This document shows, one piece after another, positions 11,700-22,700 of a stretch of DNA of 64,000 bases. The stretch covers positions 112,036,001-112,100,000 of the forward strand of contig NC_086108.1 in NCBI RefSeq assembly GCF_963921235.1, in the 5' to 3' direction. Origin of the DNA: Mobula hypostoma. Its lineage: Eukaryota. A program made the position numbers and the translations under genes. Positions within the stretch are counted from its first letter, which is position 1; the number at the start of each line of letters is the position of its first letter. The notes under the pieces are model-generated. The model was not told the origin of the DNA, made no database searches, and saw only the letters and a program-made list of their open reading frames with translations.

Positions 11700-12399
11700 A
11701 TGCAGAATAAAAATAAATAAAATAAAATATACAAAACCAATATGGTGGTGGCAATTCTAAAAACAATACAAACAACATTAGAAACCCCCTTATACACAAC
11801 ATCAAATCTGTGAATAAATGCATCTCACTTTAACTACTCACTTTGGCACACACGAGCTTAACTTCCAAACACATACAGGCTCAACCCTGAACCGAGTTCT
11901 CCTCGCTCACGCTACGTGATCAGAGATTAACACATTTACCTTCAGTCATGAAACAATAAAGTAAGACAAAAATAAACTTTTACAAGATGTTGACTTGTAG
12001 TTAAATTATTCAAAAGACTAACCTACTGGGCCGATAAGGAACTTCGCACAACCAGCTATCCAGCGCCAATACTTTACTTGCAAAAATATTCCCTATGACC
12101 AGCACTGAATGTGCTTTCTAGAACATTGCAGCTCTTCTTTCTACTCCACACGTGCATAATGACGTCACCATTTTTTCATAAAGGCACAGGCAGCTATTTT
12201 AGCATTACCAGGCTGAATGCATAAGTGAACTTTAACAACAAGAAGTGATATTCAATGGTCAACTGGTTACATGCATATTGTCTATGAAAGGTGGCCTTCT
12301 CACCACTGTTAGCGAAGTTATCTAACGAGCCAAGTCTGTATCAGCCCCATGGGTCGGTTACATTGCGTAAGAAGGAACAATCCCACCAGAAACACATAA

Positions 12400-14830
12400 A
12401 AAAACCAGTAATCTTTGGCAGTCAACCAGAATAGGCTCCCTTTATTTCCACTCTTTGTCTCCTGCCAGTCAGCAAATCCTCTGTCCATTCTAGTATCTTT
12501 CCTGTGATATCATCGGCTCTTATCTTGTTAAGCAGCCTCTTGTGTGGCCTCTTGTCAAAGGCTTTCTGAAACCCAAGTACACAACATCCACCAATTCTTC
12601 TTTGCCTATCTTGCTTATTACTTCTTCAAAGAATTCCAACAGATTTCTCAGGCAAGATTTTCCCTTCAGAAAATCATGCTGATTTTGGCTGATTTTATCA
12701 TGTGCCTCCAAGTGCCCTGAGACCTCATGCTTAAAAATTGACTCCAACATCTTCCCACCTACTGACATCAGGCTAACAGGCCTATAGTTTCTTTTCTTCT
12801 GCCTCCCTAACTTCTTGAAGAGTGGAATGACAATTGCAATTTTCCAGTCCTCCAGAACTATTCCAGGATTTAGTGATTCTTGAAAGATCATTACTATTGT
12901 CTCCACAATCTCTTCAGCTGCTTCTTTCAGAACCCTGGGGTGTTGTCGCTCTGCTCCAGTCCATGTGCCTAACCTTCAGATCTTTCAGCTTCCCAAGCAC
13001 TTTCTCCCTCGTAATGGTGACTTCACACACTTCTGCCCTCAACACTCTTGAAGGTTCCGCAGTGAAGACTAATGCAGGATACTTATTCAATTCGCCTGAC
13101 ATTTCCTGGTTCCAAATTAATACCTCTCCTGCATCTTTTTCCAGTGGTTCAATATCTACATTCGCCATTCTTTTTCTCTTTGTACATATGCAAAATCGGT
13201 AAGCTTACCTTCATATGTCATCTTTTCCCTGCTTATGGCATTGAGTTGCTTTCTGTTGGCTTTTAAAAGCTTCCCAATTCTCTCACTTCCCACTAATTTT
13301 TGCTGGATTACATGCCTTCTTTTTTTTGCTTTTATGTTGCCTTTGATTTCCCTTGTTGCATCATTCTGTCTTTAGAAAACTCCTTCTTTGGGATGTATCT
13401 ATCCTGTGCCTTCCAAATTGCTCCCAGAAATATCAGCCATTCATGTTCTGCCATCATCCCTGCTTAGTGTCTTCTTCGAATCAACATTGGCCAGCTCCAC
13501 TCTCATGCCCCCATAAACCCCTTTTCCTCACTGTAATACTGATACATTTGACTTTAGCTCCTCTCTCTCAAATTGCAGATTTAATTGTATCATATAGTAA
13601 ACACTGACTCCTAAGCGTTCCTTTACCTTAAGCTCTCTAATCAAATCTGCTCATTACACAACACCCAAACCATAATAGCCTTTCCCTATTGAACTCTGTC
13701 AAGGCCTAGACAGAGTAGATGTGGAAATGATTTTTCCCACAGTGGGAGAGTCTAGGACAAGAGAGCACAGCTTCAGGATAGAGGGGCGCCCTTTCAAAAC
13801 AGAAATTTGGAGAAATTTCTTTAGCCAAAGGGTGGTGAATTTATGGAATCTGTTGCCACATGCAGCTGTTGGAGGCCCAGTTGTTGTGTGTATTTAAGGC
13901 AGAGAATGATAGGTTCTTGATTGGACATGGCATCAAAGATTACGGGGAGAAGGCCCAGAACTGGGGTTGAGGAGGAGATAGCAAAAAGGCTCTGCCATGA
14001 CTGAATATATATACAGCTTAACTCATTTCACCACGCTGTTGTGCCTTTTTCACCACGTGAGGTTCTGGGTGATGTGGATGCCAAGGAACTTAAAGCTATT
14101 TACCCTCACAACCCCAGATCCATAGATGTTAATAGGGGTTAGCCCATCTTCATTCCTTCTGTAATCCACTACCAGCTCCTTTGTTTTTATAACATTGAGG
14201 GAGAGGTTGTTTTCTTGACACCACTGTGTCAGAGAGATGACTTGTAAAAGCACAGACCGATGTTGTCTGTTTTGCAGCCATGGTCATCTTTATGTTGAGG
14301 GCCTTGCTGACGAGTTTATTAACCATAACCATATAACAATTACAGCACGGAAACAGGCCATCTCGGCCCTTCTAGTCCGTGCCAAACTCCTATTCTCACT
14401 TAGTCCCACCGACTTGCCCTCAGCCCATAACCCTCCATTCCTTTCCTGTCCATATATCTGTCCAATTTAATTTTAAACAACAACATCGAACCTGCCTCAA
14501 CTACTTCTGCTGGAAGCTCGTTCCACACAGCTACCACTCTCTGAGTAAAGAAGTTCCCCCTCATGTTACCCCGAAACTTTGCCCTTTAACTCTCAACTCA
14601 TGTCCTCTTGTTTGAATCTCCCCCACTCTCAATGGAAAAGCCTATCTACGTCAACTCTATCTATCCACCTCATAATTTTAAATACCTCTATCAAATCCCC
14701 CCTCAACCTTCTACGCTCCAAAGAATAAAGACCTAACTTGTTGAACCTTTCTCTGTAACTTAGGAGATGAAACCCAGGCAACATTTTAGTAAATCTCCTC
14801 TGAACTCTCTCAATTTTATTGACATCTTTC
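12400..14830. mobile_element. Cluster of degenerate CR1 fragments plus a Rex1/Babar-like fragment
   Basis: WKIAIVIPLFKK..NYRPVSL..GKSCLRNL (12520-12906, minus); plus-strand CR1 3' end at 13695-14000; WCQENNLSLNVIKTKELVVDYRR (14050-14253, minus); [13 protein letters not shown] (14629-14830, minus). Confidence 0.8.
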
Positions 14831-15622
14831 TTATTGAGGTAGAGAAAGGAGGAGGAATGATGCATTGCTGCCTAGCTGAGTGTAGACTATCAGCCATTTT
14901 AGCATGATCCCCATAGTCCATCATGGGTGATTAGTGAGGGCTATGCAAACTTGATCAGGGATTCACTGCATGAAGGTTCTTTAACAATAAAACAAGGATG
15001 GTGATTTCCCAGGAGAGACAGCAGGGTGTCCATTAGCTCTGAAGGCCTAACTTCACCAAGACTGGGCAAGGACAGCAAATGTTTGGCATGCTCAGACTCC
15101 AAAGGTCTGTGAAAGGTAAATTTTCAGCGATTGGCATTTATTGTGTTCAGGCGGGTGTTCAAGCAGACTCACCACCCTCGCAGCCGTGGAGATTCTGAGT
15201 GATACTACCACATAGTAAATAAAACTTGGTGTCATCGGCAGTGATTTCTCACAGTGCAAATTGGGCCTCTGCTTGTACAAACCAACCAAAAGATTTTGCT
15301 CCAGATCTCCAGCAGTTTCAATGTGACTGCGTTGGCCAACATGTACAATAACTCTGGAATCGTGCTAGAGCATCGGGGTCACCAGTGTAGGATTTTGCAA
15401 ATGAAATGAAGTGAGGCAATTTATATTTAACAAAATCCATAACACGTTTTATTGAACTTCAAAGCGTACACACGTGTAATAAAACTCTTTACATAATAAC
15501 GTCATCACGTCAGAGCAGCCTCTAAAGTGAACCCCCGGCTCAAGGTTGGTGCGTCTCTTTCTATTGTACGGCTTTATTTGAATTTAATGAATAAAATGTT
15601 TGAATTGTTTTCTACATTTATA

Positions 15623-15628
15623 TTTATT
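15623..15628 (-). terminator. Candidate polyadenylation signal of the CTBS-like gene
   Basis: First minus-strand AATAAA I could find downstream of the stop codon at 16563; further copies at ~15573 and ~15448. Confidence 0.4.
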
Positions 15629-15659
15629 TTACTATTATTACAAATGAGCTCAATTTTGT

Positions 15660-16515
15660 TACACTCAGAAAATGCTGGAGGAACTCAGTAGGTCAGGCAG
15701 CATCTATTGAGAGGAATAAACAGTCGATGTTTCAGACCGAGACCCTTCATCAGGACTGGAAAGGAAGGGGGAAGAAGCTGGAGGGAGGGGGAGGAGTACA
15801 GACTGGCAGGTGATAGGTGAGACCAGGTGAGGGGGAGGATGGGTGGGTGGGGAGGGAGGTGGAGTACAGACTGGCAGATGATAGGTGAGACCAGGTGAGG
15901 GGGAGGATGGGTGGGTGAGGAGGGAGGGGGAGGAATACAGACTGGCAGGTGATAGGTGAGAGCAGGTGAGAGGGAGGATGGGTGGGTGGGGAAGGAGGGG
16001 GAGGAATACAGACTGGCAGGTGATAGGTGAGACCAGGTGAGGGGGAGGATGGGTGGGTGGGGAGGGAGGAGGAGGAGTACAGACTGGGAGGTGATAGGTG
16101 AGAGCAGGTGAGGGGGAGGATGGGTGGGTGGGGAGGGAGGGGGAGGAGTACAGACTGGCAGGTGATAGGTGAGACCAGGTGAGGGGGAGGATGGGTGGGT
16201 GGGGAGGGAGGGGGAGGAGTACAGACTGGCAGGTGATAGGTGAGGCCAGGTGAGGGGGAGGATGGGTGGGTGGGGAGGGAGGGTGGATTGAGAAGCTGGA
16301 AGTTGATAGGTGGAAAAGGTGAAGGACTGAAGGAGGAATCTGGAGATGAACGTGGACCATGGGAGAAAGGGAGGGGAGAAGGGGGACGAGGGGGGACACA
16401 GAGGGAGGTGGACAGGTGAGGAAATGAAAAGGGGTAGGAGGGGAGATAGATTGGGGAACTGAAGATTGGGGGGAGGGCGAGAAATTATCGGATGCTAGAG
16501 ATATCGATGCTCATC
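15660..16515 (-). mobile_element. Penelope-derived remnant with a decayed hammerhead motif (15721-15758), within the probable 3' UTR
   Basis: CAGUC-CUGAUGA-AGGGUCUCGGUCU-GAAAC-AUC-GACUG followed by gatgctgcctgacctactgagttcctccagc. Paralog at 42170-43070. Confidence 0.7.
15781..16290. repeat. G-rich minisatellite, ~71-bp unit, about 7 copies
   Basis: AGACTGG recurs at 15800, 15868, 15939, 16010, 16081, 16152 and 16223. Confidence 0.9.
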
Positions 16516-16562
16516 TTGCAATACTAATTGATGAGCTGATACAGAGATGAAATGGTTCACAC

Positions 16563-16760
16563 TCAGTAATCGCACCAGGGAGGACACACTGCGTTCCACA
16601 TCTCCGCAGCCTGCATTCTTGTTCTGGCATCACCAGTGTAGTTGATGTCGTTTGCAGTCCACACGCCGACACCACGGAGGTTCAGTTTCAGCACGATAGA
16701 CACCCTCATAGAAATGCTCTCGGGATCATCGTACCAGACCTCGTGGTACGTGTTACCAAC
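16563..16760 (-). CDS. CTBS: CTBS-like exon 7 ([17 protein letters not shown]...PPWCDY*)
   Basis: Acceptor tttgcAG at 16762-16761; 65 codons plus TGA. Confidence 0.92.
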   Translation of the reverse strand, partial: VGNTYHEVWYDDPESISMRVSIVLKLNLRGVGVWTANDINYTGDARTRMQAAEMWNAVCPPWCDY

Positions 16761-19700
16761 CTGCAAACGAGCAAAGGGGAAATGCACAGATTGAGAGGAG
16801 ACCAGGCTGAAATTGTTCGGTGGAGTAATTTGGGTGGCACGTTAGTGCTGGAGAGGGAGGATCTGTATCACGATTCCCGTGAACAGGTTCATTTCTGTCC
16901 TCTGGTACTGTATGTGCAGGGGTAGTAGTGTGTGTGTGTTTGGGTGGGGTCTATATTCACTCTGTCCTTGTCCATTTCCCCCAGGTGCTTCAGTTTTTTT
17001 CCCACATCATAAAGAGCCCACGGGAGGTTCCTTTCCTTTTCCTATGTCACATTATTCTTGGCAGTGATCTGTTCCCATTGCTTCCCCCCTGACATCTTTC
17101 CACGAGGCCATCTGTTAACTTCTTTTGAACAAGAAAGCCCAGCTATTGCCCATCGTTCTTCGTCTCATTAGAATTATCAAGGTTGGGAAAGATATGTGAT
17201 CGTGGCAGCATCAACGTCAGGAATTTCAGACTCAGGAAGTGTTGAAACAGCTCTCCACCCAAATTCCCCGACTCTTGCCGGGACTTTGGTTCTGAAAACC
17301 CATAGCAGAGTTTACATTAATTGCAGAAGGAGTGAAAGGAGAATTGATGGATTTTTGAGGGAGAATAAGTTTCAGAAAGGAGAGATGCAGGGAGGGAGGG
17401 ATGGGACTGATTTTCTTAATGAAGAGGCTGGGTGTCAACATCACTGAAGATCTATCCTGAGTCCAACACGTTGATACAATATAAAGAAGACACATCGGTG
17501 GCTGAATTTCATTACGGTTTGAAATTTGGTCTGTCATCAAAGACTCTAGCAATTTCTACAGATGTAACATGGAGAGCATTCTAATTGGATGCATCACTAT
17601 CTGATCTGAAGGGGCAACTGCACTGGAGTGGAAAAATCGGCAGAAGTTTGCAAACTCAGACAGCTCCATCATTCCCAGCATTCTGGACATCTTTAAAAGG
17701 CGATGTCTAAAGAAGGCGATATCCAACATTAATGACCACCATCACCCAGGACATGCCCTCTTCTCATTGTAACCATCAGGGAGGAGGTACAGGAGTTTGA
17801 AGATGCACACTCAGTGTTTCAGAAACAGCTTCTTCCCGTCCGCCATCGGATTTGTGAATGGACATTGGACCCATGGACACGACCTCACTGCTGTCTTGCT
17901 TTCTTTTTGCATTACTTATTTAGTTTAATTTGACTGGTTCTCCAAAGAAGCAGGAAAAGTCTTTGCACAGTTCCAGAGTAACAACATGCCAGTACCTGAA
18001 GCAACCAAACAGCAACTGAGGAGAACTGGAAGAGTGCATGGGCGAGAGAAGCATCTAGAAACAATGGAGAAGGTTTAAGCCAGAGTAATCCTGGTGCTGA
18101 TAGGAGCACCTGAAGCTGTGAAATCTGGATTGGGAGATTGACTCCAACAAATCCCAGGAACAACATCTGAGATCTCAATCCAGAAGAGTGAACTGATAGG
18201 AACAAGAATACAATGCTGAACCCTCAAGCTGCCAGGCCTCTGTAACAGGACCTGAGACTGAGGGGAAAAAATCACATACACACCACCCTTAAGGAGTGAG
18301 AAAAAATATAGATTACTGGGGTCCATGTATTGGGGATCAAATTTTAGGCAATTGAAAGTATTAACTAGAAACTTTGCAGATAATAATGAGACCAGAAACA
18401 GACAAAAACTCTAAATGTGATGATCACCAACATGAGTCTAAGTGAATGTCTACAGAAATCTTAGACATTGGTGAAGATAAGCCAGTATATATAGTACATC
18501 CTAAAAATTAGCCATCTGTGACACAGAAACCGTTACGAGACTCTCCCAACCACGCCAGTGTTTGTAATTTAGATGCTCTATCTCCCGAGAGTATGGATAG
18601 CTGGTACAGCTGCTTTAAGAGTTCAGGATGTTCTCACTAATTGGTAATTGTGTTTTGGGTGCTAAGAATCGAGTATTTAAAGAACCGGAACTGCAGTTTG
18701 GTGCTCAATTGTAAGCTTACTAGTGATATTGACTAGCATTTGTTGTGTTCAGATCCAGTGGCTCGATCCTTGCTTCGAGGTGCTCCAAAGGGCAAGGGCA
18801 TTCACAAAACTAGACCCATGGAGTGCACACAGTCTGATCCGTATTAGGGAAAGCGATGTGTGGAAGACTGCACTCAGTACACTGACAGGGCACTACAACT
18901 ACTGAGTTATACCCTTCAGCCTTGCAAATTCTCCAGCGGTTTTCCAGGCCTTTATAAACAACATGCTCTAGGATACTTTTGCAAAAATCTTGCCGAACCA
19001 AGAGAGAATATCTATTTCAGTTCTCATCTCCAGTCTCTCTATCTACACTTGATTCTAGACAATACTGTAGGATATCAACTAGTTACCACCAAACAGATCG
19101 GATGATTTGTGCTTTGCGGAGTTGTTTACACAGAATTTATTCAGTCTGGAAGACTGGAGTATTTGTATTGTAGGTGGAATGCTCTGATGCCCAGGTCCCC
19201 AATGTGTTCTGTAGATCATCTTACCAAGTAGACAAAATATGGGGCTTTCCAATCATCATCCCAGAACCTGCCAGTGAGTGATCTCGGCAGACTCTGCATG
19301 ACGAGTTTGTATGGGATCCGTCTTGCTGCAGTATAACTACACGGGACAGATTGGGAAGTCATTTCCAGTTCACAGTCACCCACCTGAGAAATATAGAGAG
19401 AGAAACAAATTGTGGATGTAAATACAGTCACTCTGATAATATGAAAAATACACAGAAAGTATAATTGGTGTCTACGGTGACTCCATCGGAGTCATTAGGT
19501 ATGATATTGAAGAAACATTTATCACACAAAATCATCAAGAATTCAGGTGATAGAGAAGGGTTATGGCACAAGGGAAAATGATCAAAGTTCAAAGTTCAGA
19601 CAAAATTTATCATCATACTACAGATATATATCACTGTATGCTATACTGAGTTTCATTTTCTTGTGGGCATTCACAGTAAGTACAGAGAAACACAACAGAG

Positions 19701-22700
19701 TCAATGAAAGACCACTTCCAACAGGACAAACAACCAATGTTCAAAAGACCACAAACTGTGCAAATAGAAAAGAAAAAAAACAATAATAGTAAATAAGCAA
19801 TAAATATCATGAAGATGGGATGAAGAGTAGTTGAATGTGACTCCATGGATCACGGGAACAGCTCAGTGATGGGGTGAGTGAAGCTGAGTGACACTACCCC
19901 CTCTGGATGAACCTGCTTGTCGAGGGGTAATTCTGCTCCTATGTCTTATAGTCTTCTCAATAATATCACCTCTTACCCTGAGAAAGCGCTTGCAGGTGTA
20001 GTCATAACCGTACCAAGCAACGCCCATCACCAGCTTTCTGGAGTCAATGCCCAGTCTGATATAATCCGACATTCCTGAAAGGACAAATTGTATAAATTGG
20101 ATCTCAGTCAGCTTTGTGAGAGGGTGAGGCTGAGGTTCTCATAGAACCTACCTGACAAAACCCGGTGATAGGGAGCACTTGACCTTGCAACACAACCATC
20201 CCGCAGGTCATTTGGAATGTCATAGGATGCCACAAATAAAATGTCACAGGCTTGTGAAATTGCTAAAAAGTCATAACATCGTTCGTTCTTGCAGTGTGGT
20301 GACCAAGGTACGTGAAAGGAGATCTGAGGGCCAAAGAACAATGAGAAATCAGTCTCATATTATTATTTACACTGGGAAATAATCTCCAGCAGACAATTCC
20401 CCACACACCAACACTGTGACAGTGTTGGACACTGGCCTCAGTATATCAGAGGTACGTTTGAAATTTTCTGTTTTCCTGATCCAGTAATAACCAGGGCAAG
20501 TTCTGCCTCCATCATCACAGTCACAGTCACCATGCTTTGAGGAACCGTATTACAGGAAAGGGACAATACTGGTACCACAAGGTGGTGTAGAAACAGATAA
20601 CTGTACAGAAGAATGGGAGATGGTTCCTCCTCCAATGATTCATCCTTGTGCCTCCAAAAATGTAGCCCCTCCACTTTGACATTCAACACTGTTGTAACAT
20701 AGTTATTTGATTGACCTCTGCCTTCCTATTAGTCTGGCCATTCTCCTCTGATTGCTCATGGCATTTTTGCCCACAGAACTGCCATTCACTGGATGTCTTG
20801 TTTTTTTGTTTGTGCATCATTCTCTGTAACTCTGGAGACTGTTGTGTGTAAAAATCCCACGAGAGCAGCAGCTTCTAAGATACGCAAACCACCCCATCTG
20901 GCACCAACAATCATTCCAAAGAAGAAAGCCCTTAACTCCAAGTGGAGTCCTCGGGACACCATCACGACGGCGTTTTTCTTTTAGCAAGCTTTCTTATTTT
21001 TATGAGGCCAAGTTGCTAGCTCGACGCTCAACCCAGCACGGATGGAAAGCATGCAAGGGAGCCGGCCAGATTCGAACTCGGGAGTCTTTGCTCCGAAGTC
21101 TGGCACTGATGTCACTACGCTACCAGCCAGACTTCCAATCATTCCAAGTTCAATGTCATTTAGCTCAGATTGCTTCCCCATTCTGATGTTTGGTCTGAAC
21201 AACATCTGAAACTTCACCATGTCTGCATTCTTTTATGCTTTGAGATGCTGCCCAGTGATTGGCTGATTAGATATTTGCATTAATGAGCAGGTGTACAGAT
21301 GTACCTAATAAAGTGGCCACCGAGTGCATGCAGAGTGTTCCCATCAAATAAAACTTGAATATTTGACCATTTTACCTGAGATCCAGGTAGCTCTTGGTGG
21401 AAATGTGAGGCAGTTTCTTTAATGAACTCAGTTACTTTATGATACTGATCAGACCCTTTTTCAACCATTTCCAGAAGCTCTAAATACATTCCATCCATAT
21501 GTCGGAATTTTACGATGCTTGAAGTGTATTTCATCCAATTTCTTCTAAAATGCCTGCTTTCAATGTCAGACATTGTTAAGCTGCCTGATAAGGGGTAAAA
21601 CACAGCTCAGTTCAGACAACAGACAACAGGATGTACAGAATGTTACAAGGCATGATCAATTGAACATACAAACATAAGAAATAGGAGAAAGAGTCGTCCA
21701 TCTGCCTGTCGAGCATGCCCCACTCCGCCATTCAATAAGATCACGGCTGATCTGACCATGGACACTTCTCCACCTACCTGCCTTTTCCCTATAACCCTTA
21801 AGTCCCCTACTATGAAAAAATCTATCCCTCCACGTCTTAAATATATTTACTGAGGAAGCCTCCACTGCTTCATTGGGCAGAGAATTCCACAGATTCACCA
21901 CTCTCTGGGAGAAGCAGTTCCTCTTCATCTCCATCTTGAACTACGCCTCTGAATCTTGAGGCTATGTCCCCTAGTTCTAGTCTCACCTACCAGTGGAAAC
22001 AACTTTTCTGCCTCTATCTTATCTATCTCTCTCATAATTTTATGTTTCTATAAGATCCCCTCTCATTATTTTGAATTCCAGCGAGTACAGTCCCAGTCAA
22101 CTCAATCTCTCCTCATAGTCTAACCCCATCATCTCTGGAATCAACCTGGTGAACCTCCTCTGCACTGCCTCCAAAGCCAATATATCCTTTTTCAAGTAAG
22201 GAGACTAGGACTGCATACAGTACTCTAGGTGTGGCCTCACCAGTACCCTGTGCATAACCTCCCTGCTCTTAAATTCAATCCCTCTAGCAATGAAGGCCAA
22301 CATTCCATTTGGCTTCCTGATAGCCTGCTGTACCTGCAAACCAACTTCTTGTGATTCATGCACATGAACTCCCAAATCCCTCTGCACAGCAGCGTGCTGC
22401 AATTTTTACCATTTAAGTAATAATCTTTTCTTACATTTTCCCTTCCAGAGTGCATGACCTCGCATTTTCCGACATTGTACTCTATTTGCTCTTCTCTGTG
22501 GATTGTCACCTTGTCGCGGTGGAGAAGCTTGTGTGGTCCTGTGATCCCGAGAGCAATGCCGTCTGGAGCTGTGCTCCTGGTAGGGTCACCCATGCCGGTA
22601 AGGTCGAGGGTGAGGTCCCTGACAAAGAACAATCCAACCAAGACCTCAACGGTGAAACAGGCGGACGAAGTTACTTCGAACTCAACGGCTGTGAAGGCGG

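Larger units (their letters stand above)
11051..17230 (+). repeat. Segmental duplication arm A (near-identical to 37533-43913)
   Basis: Colinear by eye, with identical or 1-aa-different ORF translations (for example 13353-13607 versus 39840-40094). Includes CTBS-like exon 7. Confidence 0.95.

Noticed and set aside
15704..16399. Pro-rich ORFs (also 42188-42968)
   Set aside because: Translations of the 71-bp minisatellite.
21050..21130. tRNA gene
   Set aside because: A/B boxes are present, but it has a tail and a TSD and I could not fold a full cloverleaf, so it is a SINE head.
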